Positions 7,702 to 17,365 of a DNA stretch of 64,000 nt are shown here, one piece after another (position 1 is the stretch's first letter; each line of letters opens with the position of its first letter). Source of the DNA: Planctomycetota bacterium (GTDB taxonomy: Bacteria > Planctomycetota > UBA1135 > UBA2386); NCBI GenBank assembly GCA_965228735.1, contig OZ245838.1, positions 5,312,001 to 5,376,000 of the forward strand, in the 5' to 3' direction. A program made the position numbers and the translations under genes. The notes under the pieces were generated by a model. The model saw only the letters and a list, made by a program, of their open reading frames with translations, was not told the origin of the DNA and did not search any database.

Positions 7702-10545
7702 ATGGCAGCTCGTTCGCCCCGCGGCCGGTCGTTCGTCGCGTTCTTGGTCTTCGTCGGCGGTCTCGCGATCGGCTTCGCGGCGGGACTGCCCGCGCAGATC
7801 CGCGTGGCGTGCCTCGGCGACTCGATCACGTTCGGCGCGCAGGTCGCCGATCGCGAGCACAACGCGTATCCAGCGCAGCTCGGCGTTCTGCTCGGCGATG
7901 CGTTCGAGGTGCGCAACTTCGGTGTGGGCGGCGCTACGTTGCTGCGCCGGGCCGACCGTCCGTTCATGGCGACCGAACGGTTCGCGAACGCGCTCGCGTG
8001 GCGGCCGCACGTCGCGGTCGTGATCCTCGGGACCAACGACTCGTGCCAGAACGAGCGCCGTGATTGCTGGCAGCACCACGGCGATCTCGCGGCCGATGCA
8101 CGGGCCCTGATCGCAGCACTGCAGGGCGCGCGGGCCGACGTGCGCGTCGTGCTGTGTTCGCCGCCGCCGATGTTCTCGGCCAAGAACGGTCTCGCGCCCG
8201 AACGCGCGGCGGACCTGCAAGCCCGCGCGCCGCGACTCCGGCAGGTGGCGACGATCGCACGCGCCGTCGCTGCGGCCATGCCGAACGTCGAGTACCTCGA
8301 GCTCGGTCGCACGCTGCGATCGCGAGATGTCACGGATGGGGTGCACACGACGCCGTTCGGTGCCGAGCGCATCGCGCGGCGGGTCGCCGAAGCCATCGCC
8401 GGCGAACGCGGTGACCGGCTCGGGCTCGACGTCGTGTTGCAGCAGCGCGGCATCGAGCCGAGTCCAACGGCGTTCCACGAGTTCTCGGGCTGGACGTTCG
8501 CGTTGCCGAAGGCGGGTGCTGCGTGCCGCGTGTTCGAACCGTTCGGCCCGGCAGCCGGCGCGCCGTGGATCCTGCGGGCGCGCTTCTTCGGTCATCAGCC
8601 CGCGCTCGATCTCGCGTTGCTCGAACGCGGCTTCCACCTGGCCTACTGCGACGTCGCGGACCTCTACGGCTCGCCTGCGGCGATCGAACGGTGGGACGAG
8701 CTCTACGACCTGCTGCACGGCGCCGGTCTCGCGGATCGCGTCGTGCTCGAGGGTATGAGCCGCGGTGGGCTGCCGATCGTCAACTGGGCGGCGGCGCATC
8801 CAGAGCGGGTGGCCGCGATCTACGGCGACAATCCCGTCGCGGACTTCCGATCGTGGCCGGGTGGCCAGAACGGCAAGCGGTCGGACGCGGATTGGCAGCG
8901 TTGCCTCGCCGCCTACGGCCTCGACGAGGCGAGCGCGAAGGCGTTCGATCGCATGCCCGTCGATCGGCTCGCGCCGATCGCTGCCGCCGGAGTGCCGCTG
9001 CTGCTCGTGCTCGGTGAGGACGACACGGTCGTGCCGCCGGCCGAGAACGGCGATGTGCTCGCATCGCGCTATCGCGAACTCGGTGGGCCCGTGCAGGTCT
9101 GGCGCAAGCCGGGTCAGGGCCATCATCCGCACGGCCTGGATCCCGTCGACCCGCTGCTGCGTGCGGTGCTGCGCGCTGCGGGTACCGCGCACGCGATGCC
9201 GACGACGCTCGCGGCCGGCTCGGCGGAGTATCGGCGCGGCGCCGGTTGGGGTGATTCGAGCTGGTGGGGTCAGGTCGCGCGGATGCGTGCGCTCGCTGCG
9301 AGCAACCCGGAGATCCCGATCGCGTTCTTCGGGGATTCGATCACGCAAGGTCTGACTGGGGCGCGCGACCGGTTGGCGAAGGCCGGCGGTGACCGCGCGA
9401 TCGACGTCGCGTTCGGCGCGCACGGGGCGATCAGCCTCGGGCTCAGCGGTGATCGTACCGAGCACCTGCTGCATCGCATCCGCGTCGGCGCGCTGCAGGA
9501 GATCGACCCACGCGTGATCGTGCTGCAGATCGGCGTGAACAACATCCACAGCGGTGGGCATACGGCGGTCGAGACTGCGGCCGGGATCCGAGCCGTCGTT
9601 CGTTCGTTGTGCGCCCGCGAGCCGCAGGCCCAGGTCATCGTGTGCGGGCCGCTGCCGTCGGGGCGATCCGGCAGCCCGCAGCGCGCGACCAACGACGGCG
9701 TCCATACGCGGATCGCCGATCTCGACGACGGCCACCGCGTGTTCTATCGCGACCTGCGGCCGTTGTTCCTCGATCGTGACGGCCGCACGAACGATCGGAT
9801 GCGCGGCGATCGCGTGCACATCACGCGCGCGGGTCAGGACGCGTGGATGCAGGCGATCGCGCCGTTCGTCGCGGAGCTGCTCGCGGGGGCGGGGCCATTC
9901 GCGGTCGGTGTCGGGATCGCCGCGCCGAACGGCGCCGTGCAGCTCGTCAACGCCGATCGTTCGATCCTCGTGCCGGAGAAGCCGGGTGCGCCGTCGAAGT
10001 GGACGTTCACTGGCGGCGTGCTCACCGCATCGCCCGTCTGGGACAGCGTGGTCACGCCCGAGCCCTACGGCAACTTCCGGATGCACGTCGAGTTCAACGT
10101 CAACGCGGCCGAGGGCGACAACCCGGAGGCGCGCGGCAACTCGGGCGTCTACATCCAGCAGCGCTACGAGATCCAGATCCTCGATTCGTTCGGGGTGCGG
10201 GCCGAGGACTACGAGGCGAGCTTCGGCGGCAGTCTCTATCGCCTGAAGCAGCCGGATCGACTCGCGAGCCGACCGCCCGGCGAATGGCAGAGCTACGACA
10301 TCGTGTTTCGCGCCGCGCGCTTCGACGACGACGGCAACAAGACGGCCAACGCGCGCATCACCGCGTTCTGGAACGGCGCGCTGATCCACGACGACTGCGA
10401 GATCCCGCGCAAGACGGGTGCCGGCAAGCCGGAGGGGCCCGAGCCGCTGCCGATCAAGCTGCAGGGGCACCACAACGAGGTGCGCTTCCGCAACGTCTGG
10501 GTGCAAGCGCTCGATCTGACCGAACCGTCAGCGCGCATGCGGTGA
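7702..10545 (+). CDS. Exported multidomain esterase: SGNH/GDSL + alpha/beta hydrolase + SGNH/GDSL + DUF1080
   Basis: CLGDSITFG...GTND...DGVH; GMSRGG...GHHPHG; FFGDSITQG...GVNN...DRVH; GNSGVYIQQRYEIQILDS...LQGHHNEVRFRNVW. Confidence 0.9.
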   Translation: MAARSPRGRSFVAFLVFVGGLAIGFAAGLPAQIRVACLGDSITFGAQVADREHNAYPAQLGVLLGDAFEVRNFGVGGATLLRRADRPFMATERFANALAWRPHVAVVILGTNDSCQNERRDCWQHHGDLAADARALIAALQGARADVRVVLCSPPPMFSAKNGLAPERAADLQARAPRLRQVATIARAVAAAMPNVEYLELGRTLRSRDVTDGVHTTPFGAERIARRVAEAIAGERGDRLGLDVVLQQRGIEPSPTAFHEFSGWTFALPKAGAACRVFEPFGPAAGAPWILRARFFGHQPALDLALLERGFHLAYCDVADLYGSPAAIERWDELYDLLHGAGLADRVVLEGMSRGGLPIVNWAAAHPERVAAIYGDNPVADFRSWPGGQNGKRSDADWQRCLAAYGLDEASAKAFDRMPVDRLAPIAAAGVPLLLVLGEDDTVVPPAENGDVLASRYRELGGPVQVWRKPGQGHHPHGLDPVDPLLRAVLRAAGTAHAMPTTLAAGSAEYRRGAGWGDSSWWGQVARMRALAASNPEIPIAFFGDSITQGLTGARDRLAKAGGDRAIDVAFGAHGAISLGLSGDRTEHLLHRIRVGALQEIDPRVIVLQIGVNNIHSGGHTAVETAAGIRAVVRSLCAREPQAQVIVCGPLPSGRSGSPQRATNDGVHTRIADLDDGHRVFYRDLRPLFLDRDGRTNDRMRGDRVHITRAGQDAWMQAIAPFVAELLAGAGPFAVGVGIAAPNGAVQLVNADRSILVPEKPGAPSKWTFTGGVLTASPVWDSVVTPEPYGNFRMHVEFNVNAAEGDNPEARGNSGVYIQQRYEIQILDSFGVRAEDYEASFGGSLYRLKQPDRLASRPPGEWQSYDIVFRAARFDDDGNKTANARITAFWNGALIHDDCEIPRKTGAGKPEGPEPLPIKLQGHHNEVRFRNVWVQALDLTEPSARMR

Positions 10546-10637
10546 CGAAGGGGGGAGCGGGCGAAGTTCGTGAGCGGCGAGAAAACTGGCCGGCCCGGCC
10601 GGCGGCCTGCGCCTCATCGATTAGACCAAGGAGTTCG

Positions 10638-11462
10638 ATGATGTCCGAAGCCACTGTTTCTCCCGATTACGACGCGATCAAGACCAGGCAGCGCACCGCC
10701 TGGGGCGCCGGTGACTACTGCAAGATCGGCTCGACCGTGCAGTTCACTGGCGAGCAGCTGGCCGAGGCGCTGGCGCTGCGCCCCGGCTCGCGGGCGCTCG
10801 ACGTCGCGGCGGGCAACGGCAACATCACGCTCGCGCTCGCGCGGCGCTCCGTGCAGGTGACCTCGACGGATTTCGTCGAAGCGCTGCTCGAACGGTCCAG
10901 GGCGCGCGCCGTCGCGGAGGGCTTCGACATCGACTATCGCGTCGCGGACGCCGAGCAGTTGCCGTTCGAGGACGGCGAGTTCGACGCCGTCGTTTCGACG
11001 TTCGGCGTCATGTTCACCCCGAACCAGGAACGCTCGGCGAGGGAGCTGATGCGGGTCTGTCGCAGCGGCGGCCGGATCGGCCTGCTGAACTGGACCCCCA
11101 CGAGCTTCATCGGCCGCCTGTTCGAGGTGCTCGGTCGGCACGTGCCGCCGCCGCCCGGCGTGCGGTCGCCGGCCCGCTGGGGCGACGAAGCCTGGCTGCA
11201 GGAGAACTTCGGTGCCGGCGCTGCCGGGATCGAGATCGATTCCAAGGACTTCATGTTCGTCAGCACGTCGCCCGAGGACTTCCTCGCGACCTGGCGTCAG
11301 TACTACGGTCCGATCACGAAGGCGTTCGTCACTGTTGGTGACGATGGTGCGGCCGCGCTCGAGGCCGACATCCTCGCGTTGCTCCGGGAGCTCAACGTCG
11401 CGACGGACGGCACGATGCGCGTGCCGGGCGAGTATCTCGAAGTGCGCATCAGGAAGGCCTGA
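10638..11462 (+). CDS. Class I SAM-dependent methyltransferase
   Basis: LDVAAGNGN, ADAEQLPFEDGEFDAVVSTFGVMF; AAGGAG RBS. Confidence 0.92.
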   Translation: MMSEATVSPDYDAIKTRQRTAWGAGDYCKIGSTVQFTGEQLAEALALRPGSRALDVAAGNGNITLALARRSVQVTSTDFVEALLERSRARAVAEGFDIDYRVADAEQLPFEDGEFDAVVSTFGVMFTPNQERSARELMRVCRSGGRIGLLNWTPTSFIGRLFEVLGRHVPPPPGVRSPARWGDEAWLQENFGAGAAGIEIDSKDFMFVSTSPEDFLATWRQYYGPITKAFVTVGDDGAAALEADILALLRELNVATDGTMRVPGEYLEVRIRKA

Positions 11463-11489
11463 TACCGGCCGACGATCGAACACCTACGA

Positions 11490-11538
11490 CAACCGCCCGG
11501 CCGGCGCAGTGTCATGCACTGGCCGGGCCGGGCGGTTG
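11490..11538. terminator. GC-rich hairpin between convergent genes
   Basis: 13-bp stem CAACCGCCCGGCC / GGCCGGGCGGTTG with an inner CAGTG/CACTG stem; no U-tract. Confidence 0.5.
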
Positions 11539-11589
11539 CACACCGCGGCCGGGCTCCGAAGAACACGGCCGGATGACTCCTGGCGCTGA

Positions 11590-12903
11590 CTAGTTGTCGA
11601 CGCCGAAGACCGACGACACGCGGTTCGACATCGTCAGGCCGAGCGCGTTCGCGGCGCCGTCGAGCACGGCGATCTGCTGCTCGATCGGGAGACCGATGAA
11701 CGCCGGGTCGGCCGGCGAGCTGATCAGCCAGAAGTCGTTGCCGTTGGCGTCGGCCATGGCGAACGACTGGTCGATCGGATCGACTTCGACGAGGCAGCCC
11801 GGCGCGCCGAACGGACCGAGGTCGTAGGGCGTGCCGAGCGTCCCGAGGCCGAGGACGCGCAGCAGCGGACCGTTCGCCGGGATGCCGGCGCCGTCCACGT
11901 AGAACTCCGAGCCGAGGCACGGCGTCTCGGTGATGACCGCCGGGCCGGCGACGTTGGCGCGGGCGCCGAGCGTCGGGCCGCAGCCGCCCGTCTGGATCGT
12001 GACCGAAGCGTCGCCCAGCGGCGTCGCGGCGGCGAGCGAGATGCGGAGCTGGTAGGCGCCGGTGTCCCAACCGCTGACGGCGACGTAGTAGGTGCCCGGC
12101 GTCGTGATGTTGTACTCGAGACGCGACAGGTAGTTCGGGAACCCGATGTCGTCGTTGAACGCGATGCGGGCGAGAGTCGAGTCGGCGAGGTGGAGGACGG
12201 TGTCGGTCATCGCCGGCGCCGGCAGGCCCGTGAAGTCCGTCGTCATGACCAGGAGGCCCGGAGCCGGGACCGTGATCTCGTAGAAGTCGTAGTCACCGAC
12301 GCCGGTGTAGGTCGAACCGCCGACGGCCGCGCTGATGTCGCCGACGTTGTCGGTGTCGAGCGGCGTGACGCCGGCCATGCCGAGCGGCTCGCGCGGGTCG
12401 TTCTCCTCGGGCGCCTCGTTCGGGCCTGGCGTCGCGGGCGGAATGGCCGGCACGTAGGTGCCCGGCGCAGCCGCGACGACGTCGAGCGTGTAGGCGCCCG
12501 TGCCCGACGGATCGAACGTCTGGCTCGAACGCACGCGGACGAAGTAGGTGCCGGCCGGCAGGTCACCGGCGACGACCTCGGACAGCCAGTGGTTGGGGTG
12601 ATCGTCGTTGAACGCGATCTCCGTCACGCCGTCCGTGTCGAGGAGCGCGACGTCACTGTCGGCGAGCGGCGTCGCGCCGAAGCCGACGTTGACCCAGACG
12701 CGCAGGTCCGAGTTGCCGGTGAGCGTCACGGCGTAGAAATCGAAGTCACCGCCGACGCCGATCGCGCCGTCGCCCTGCGTGTTCGGGGCGAGGGCGGTGG
12801 CGGTGGTGAAGTCGTCGTTCGGTTCGACCTCGGGCGTGCCCTGGGCGATGAGGCTGCCGGCGAGCAACGTGGAAGAGGCGAAGAGAAGAGCGTTGAGGTT
12901 CAT
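11590..12903 (-). CDS. Exported protein with two PPC (pre-peptidase C-terminal)-like domains and a planctomycete-type C-terminal domain
   Basis: Signal peptide; EVEPNDDFTTA, DFDFYAV...AFNDD...LPAGTYFVRV, and a second DYDFYEI...AFNDD...PGTYYVAV. Confidence 0.85.
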   Translation of the reverse strand: MNLNALLFASSTLLAGSLIAQGTPEVEPNDDFTTATALAPNTQGDGAIGVGGDFDFYAVTLTGNSDLRVWVNVGFGATPLADSDVALLDTDGVTEIAFNDDHPNHWLSEVVAGDLPAGTYFVRVRSSQTFDPSGTGAYTLDVVAAAPGTYVPAIPPATPGPNEAPEENDPREPLGMAGVTPLDTDNVGDISAAVGGSTYTGVGDYDFYEITVPAPGLLVMTTDFTGLPAPAMTDTVLHLADSTLARIAFNDDIGFPNYLSRLEYNITTPGTYYVAVSGWDTGAYQLRISLAAATPLGDASVTIQTGGCGPTLGARANVAGPAVITETPCLGSEFYVDGAGIPANGPLLRVLGLGTLGTPYDLGPFGAPGCLVEVDPIDQSFAMADANGNDFWLISSPADPAFIGLPIEQQIAVLDGAANALGLTMSNRVSSVFGVDN

Positions 12904-13267
12904 GGGTTCTAGGCGGGGCTTTTCGGGATACGAGGACATCATATTCAGAGGTCCGGACGCAGCCTGCAATAATCGGGCAACAGTCTGGTACGGAATGGGT
13001 TAACAATGCGCCGAACCGCAGGCTGGGCGCGCTGGAACGCTGGTGCGCGGGGGCGCTGGAGCGCAGTTTGCGGATGAACGTACGTCACGCCGTAGCACTG
13101 TTCGTGTCGTCGATGCAGGTCTGCGCCGGCAGCGGGAGTGCCAGGGTGGCCGGCAGCGCGGAGCGAAAGCGTCAGCACGGGGCGAGGTCCTGCGGTCGGG
13201 TTCTCCCATCGTTTCGCGGGCGAGCGTCGATCTCGCGCGGCCCCTTCGTTTCCGGTCGAATCCGGCG

Positions 13268-13552
13268 ATGACCGATCGACGCATCCGCTTCGCCGTCCGC
13301 GGCCGGGTCCAGGGCGTCGGCTTTCGTTGGGCCACGTGCAAGGCCGCGAATGCCGTCGGCGTCATCGGTTGGGTGCAGAACGAGCGGGACGGGAGCGTTA
13401 CGGGCGAAGCGCAGGGTGGCGATGAGGTGATGCAGCAGTTCCGCGCGTTCTTGCGCGCGGGCCCGCCGGGCAGTCGCGTCGACGCGGTCGAGGAGACGGA
13501 CATCCCGGCGATCCCTGGCGCGACGGGCTTCGTGATCGAGCGCGGGCGGTGA
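13268..13552 (+). CDS. acyP: Acylphosphatase
   Basis: VRGRVQGVGFR, GWVQNERDGSV and GPPGSRV signatures. Confidence 0.93.
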   Translation: MTDRRIRFAVRGRVQGVGFRWATCKAANAVGVIGWVQNERDGSVTGEAQGGDEVMQQFRAFLRAGPPGSRVDAVEETDIPAIPGATGFVIERGR

Positions 13553-13663
13553 CGAACCGCCAGGAGATTGCTCTTCGCACCGCGCGTTTCGTCGGGTGGC
13601 GATCCACGAGGGGAGAAGGCACGATGCGCGGGCAGGGCGCGGGCCCTGGGCGCGCCGCATGTG

Positions 13664-15202
13664 ATGCAACTCCGTCCCTACCAACGAGCGGCCCTCGAGG
13701 CCGTGCGCGACGCGTATCGTCAGGGCCACCGTTCGGCACTCGTCGTGATGCCGACGGGGACTGGCAAGACGGTGCTCTTCGCGGAGATCTCGCGACTGGC
13801 GAAGGGGCCGGTGCTCGTGCTCGCGCATCGGCAGGAACTCGTCGAGCAGGCGCGGGAGAAGATCGCGGCGTGGTGTGACGACGTCGTCGCGGTCGAGATG
13901 GCGGGGCAGCGTGGGCTGACGGAGTCCGATGGCAAGCGGCCCAAGATCGCGGTCGCGAGCATCCAGACGCTGAGTCGGCGGCTGCGGCACGTGCCGCGCG
14001 ATGCGTTCCGTATCGTCGTCGTCGACGAAGCGCACCACGCGACGGCGGATTCGTACCGCGCCGTGCTCGACCACTTCGACGCGCACCTGCTCGGCGTCAC
14101 CGCGACGCCGGATCGCAGCGATCGCGTCCCGCTCGGCGAGGTCTTCTCGACGCTCGCGTTCGAATACGACATGCGGCGAGCGATCGCGGACGGCTGGCTC
14201 TGCCCGATCCGTTCGTTCCTCGTGCAGACCCAGGCCGACTTCTCCGGCATCCGCAAGGTCGCGGGTGAGCTGTCGACGCGCGACGTCGAGGACGTGCTGA
14301 CACGCGAGCTGCACCTCGCCGAGATCGCGGCGCCGATCCTGCGCGAGCGGGGGGATCGACCAACGATCGTGTTCGCCGCGTCGGTCGCCCACGCGCACTC
14401 GCTGTGTCGCGTGCTCAATGAGCAGGCCGGCAAGCCGGGCTTCGCCGCCGCGCTCGACGGCAGCGCGAGCTTCGAAGAACGCGCGCCCGTGCTCGATCGC
14501 TTCCGGCGCGGCGAGGTCGAGATCCTCGTGAACTGCTCGCTGTTCACCGAGGGGTTCGACGTGCCCGAGATCGCGCTCGTCGCGATCGCGCGGCCCGTGC
14601 TGTCGCGGTCGTTCTACGCGCAGATGGTCGGTCGCGGCACGCGCATCGCGCCGGGCAAGGCGGACGTGATCGTGCTCGACTTCGTGCCGGGCAACTGCCG
14701 CCATTCGCTCGCGCAGGCCGTCGACATCTTTGCGAGCGCCAACCCCGAGGTGCAGGAGCGTGCGCGCCGCATCGCGCAGGAAGCGAGCGCCGCAGGTCAG
14801 GCGATCGCGCTGGAGCTCGCGCTCGAACTCGCGCAGCAGGAGCAGGAAGCCCAGGAGGCGACCGTCGCCTACCAGCTCAAGAAGCGGGACCCGTTCGCCG
14901 CGGTCGGCATCGACCTCGACTTCTACGTGCGGCGGTCGCGCGGCGACACGAAGGCCACCGCCGAACAGCTGCGCTACTTCCAGAAGGCGGGGCTCGCGAC
15001 GGATCGCCTCGACGATCTGTCGGCGCTGCAGGCCGAAGAGCTGCGCGAGCAGCTGCGCGACCGCAAGGCCGTCGGCCTCTGCACGCCGAAGCAGGCCAGG
15101 CAACTCGTCGCGCTCGGCATCGACCCGCGCGACATGTTCTACGACGCTGCCCAGGAGCTCATCCGCGAGGCGAAGGCGCAGCGCAAGGCGGCGGGCGGGT
15201 AG
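13664..15202 (+). CDS. SF2 DEAD/DEAH-box helicase (ResIII/Irc3-like) with C-terminal extension
   Basis: LRPYQ, PTGTGKT, DEAHH, TATP, FTEGFDVP and QMVGRGTR motifs. Confidence 0.93.
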   Translation: MQLRPYQRAALEAVRDAYRQGHRSALVVMPTGTGKTVLFAEISRLAKGPVLVLAHRQELVEQAREKIAAWCDDVVAVEMAGQRGLTESDGKRPKIAVASIQTLSRRLRHVPRDAFRIVVVDEAHHATADSYRAVLDHFDAHLLGVTATPDRSDRVPLGEVFSTLAFEYDMRRAIADGWLCPIRSFLVQTQADFSGIRKVAGELSTRDVEDVLTRELHLAEIAAPILRERGDRPTIVFAASVAHAHSLCRVLNEQAGKPGFAAALDGSASFEERAPVLDRFRRGEVEILVNCSLFTEGFDVPEIALVAIARPVLSRSFYAQMVGRGTRIAPGKADVIVLDFVPGNCRHSLAQAVDIFASANPEVQERARRIAQEASAAGQAIALELALELAQQEQEAQEATVAYQLKKRDPFAAVGIDLDFYVRRSRGDTKATAEQLRYFQKAGLATDRLDDLSALQAEELREQLRDRKAVGLCTPKQARQLVALGIDPRDMFYDAAQELIREAKAQRKAAGG

Positions 15203-15326
15203 TCAGCGTGTGGTCGCGAGTCTTCGCAGCGGCTGGGTTGTCCCTGGCTGGGTTGTCCCTGTGGGGCTAGCTGCGTCGCGGCGAGCGAGGTACCGTTGGC
15301 GGCGCGGCCACGAGCCACCACCGAAC

Positions 15327-15707
15327 ATGCAGTTCATGCGACCTCTCCTGATCCTGACCTCGCTGAGCCTCCTCGCGACCTCGTGTCGCGGTCCCGACGC
15401 CAGGGCCGCGGCTGCGCCCCAGGCTCCGATCTCCTCCGGCTCGGCCGCCGAGAACGCGCCGACGACCGGGGCGATCAGGGGCGCGCAGCGCGCAGTCGCA
15501 CTGCTCGAGAAGCTCGTGGAGATCGATCGCCAGGCCGTCGTTCTCGGCGAACAGCATGTGCAGCGCATGGCCGACCTGTTCGACGCGGGCCGGCAGTCCG
15601 AGTCCGAGGTGCTGCAGGCAAAGCTCGAACTGATGCGACTGCGGCAGACGCTCGTGCAGCGCGAGTATCAGCTGGAGGACGCCAAGCGCGTCGCGAGCGG
15701 CGGCTGA
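15327..15707 (+). CDS. Hypothetical lipoprotein with coiled-coil C-terminus
   Basis: Lipobox-like LLATSC after a hydrophobic stretch; helical C-terminus. Start is 15327 or 15336. Confidence 0.65.
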   Translation: MQFMRPLLILTSLSLLATSCRGPDARAAAAPQAPISSGSAAENAPTTGAIRGAQRAVALLEKLVEIDRQAVVLGEQHVQRMADLFDAGRQSESEVLQAKLELMRLRQTLVQREYQLEDAKRVASGG

Positions 15708-15803
15708 GCGCGTGACGCCCCCCACCAACCGTGATGGGTACGGTGCCTGGCACCGACAACAACCTCGCGCGCGACGAACCGACGGCGCGGTGTCGGTGTT
15801 CCG

Positions 15804-16190
15804 ATGTTCGAGGCCCTGAAGCGCGCCCTGCAGCGGCTCGGACCGCGACGCCAGCGCGAATGGTCCGTCGACGAAACGGCCGCGGGCTATCGGATCGACG
15901 GTGAGCTGACGATCCGTCGATCGGAGATCTCCGTCATCGTGGCGTTCAAGCGCGACCTGATGACGTTCGATCAGATCTGCGTCGGGATCGCCTGCACGGA
16001 GCCGGGGCCGGATGGACGCTACGATCTCGAGTGCATCGAGGAAGGCAATCCGACGTACGCCGCGGTCGTCGAGGACCTCGCGCGGCACTTCGACCTCGCG
16101 GAGGGCTGGTGGATGGAGGTCGCGTTCCCGGCGTTCGAGGAGAACTGGACGGTGATCTGGAGCGCGCGCGAACGCGGAGAGCGCGGGTGA
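15804..16190 (+). CDS. Conserved-looking hypothetical protein
   Basis: Coding-like composition; FKRDLMTFDQICV...WWMEVAFPAFEENWTVIW. Confidence 0.7.
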   Translation: MFEALKRALQRLGPRRQREWSVDETAAGYRIDGELTIRRSEISVIVAFKRDLMTFDQICVGIACTEPGPDGRYDLECIEEGNPTYAAVVEDLARHFDLAEGWWMEVAFPAFEENWTVIWSARERGERG

Positions 16191-16316
16191 ACGTCCGCGT
16201 CGGCGCGGGCAGCTGTGGGGCGGCGTTCCGAACTCGTGCTCGACTGGATTGCAGAGCGAACTTGAACGGCTCGAGTGCGACGGCGCGGTGGGCCTGGCAG
16301 GGTCACCAAGCCGGGA

Positions 16317-17222
16317 TCACTGCGCCGCTTCCTGTTCGGCCAGCTCGGCGGTGGTGTCGGGTTCGCCGGTCGCGGCGTCTGCGCGTGGCCGGGCCCGCGC
16401 CGACTTGTCGTTGTCCTGCTCGACGAGGCCGGGGAACGAGCGGCGAACCCGAGCCATGTGATCCTCGGTGTCGGTGTCATCGGGGCCCGCAAGCACGGTC
16501 AGCAGCGACAGCAGGTCCTCGCCGCGGACGGTGTAGGACGTCTTCGGGTTCTTGGCGACGACTTTGGCGAAGCGCCGGCGCGCGGACTTGACCGACAGCT
16601 TGCGGCGGGGCGGCGCGCCCTTGTTGTCCTCGAGCTCGCGCAGGGCGGCGTCCGCCGTCGCGCGTTCTTGCCCAGGTTCGGCGTCGAGGATGCGGCGGCA
16701 GATCGCCTTGGCCTTGGTCCACGAGATCTTGTCGTGCTGCAGCAGTTCGCGAATGCGCGCGTCCATGGACGGCACGAAGCGCAGGATGTCCTCGATCCAG
16801 CTCACGCTCTTGTCGAGGAACGACGCGATGCGGTCCTTGTCCCAGTTTGCGTTGTTGAGATAGATGACCGTGTCGAAGTACTCGACGGCGCGCGCATCCA
16901 GGCGGTCGGCGTTGAGCTTGAGATTGAGCGCGCGGATCTCCTCGAGGTCACCGGCGACGACGCGCACGTCGACGCGGTCGAAGTAGCCGGGGTTGCTGCG
17001 GCGGATGCCCTCGATCGCGGCGTGGCGGTGGAAACCACCGACGAGGAACAGCTCGCGCGGGTTGCGTTCCCACACGACGAGCGGCTCGAGCAGGCCGTTC
17101 TTCAGAATGTCGTCCTGGTAGTGCGCGACCTTCTGCGGATTGACGGGGCGGTGGTTCTCGATCATCGGGTGCTTGTGCACCAGCTCGAACGGGATGTAGT
17201 CGAAGCGTTTCGTAATCAACAT
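16317..17222 (-). CDS. ParB/Srx N-terminal domain protein with HTH
   Basis: DILKNGLLEPLVV...LVGGFHRHAA (ParB box-like), followed by HTH-like WDKDRIASFLDKSVSWIEDILRF. Confidence 0.85.
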   Translation of the reverse strand: MLITKRFDYIPFELVHKHPMIENHRPVNPQKVAHYQDDILKNGLLEPLVVWERNPRELFLVGGFHRHAAIEGIRRSNPGYFDRVDVRVVAGDLEEIRALNLKLNADRLDARAVEYFDTVIYLNNANWDKDRIASFLDKSVSWIEDILRFVPSMDARIRELLQHDKISWTKAKAICRRILDAEPGQERATADAALRELEDNKGAPPRRKLSVKSARRRFAKVVAKNPKTSYTVRGEDLLSLLTVLAGPDDTDTEDHMARVRRSFPGLVEQDNDKSARARPRADAATGEPDTTAELAEQEAAQ

Positions 17223-17365
17223 TTCAGGGTCCCCTCCCGGGGATTCAGTTCAGTGCAGTCGGCCAAAGGAAGCGCGGCCAGCCCCTCAGGATAGCGGGGC
17301 GACCCGCCCGATTCGCGGCTCTGCTCGGGCTGGCGCCAGCGGGACTTGCGGCGATACTCGCGCCG

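Noticed and set aside
12904..13267. Long intergenic region as a possible riboswitch or ncRNA (5065-5258 was also examined)
   Set aside because: I could not recognise any Rfam-type motif by eye. An Infernal scan would be needed.
15231..15260. 15-bp direct repeat x2 (ggctgggttgtccct)
   Set aside because: Only two copies with no associated feature; likely a local duplication.
13268..17222. Prophage or defence island (helicase, ParB-like and small hypothetical genes)
   Set aside because: No integrase, att site, structural genes or clear compositional shift is visible.
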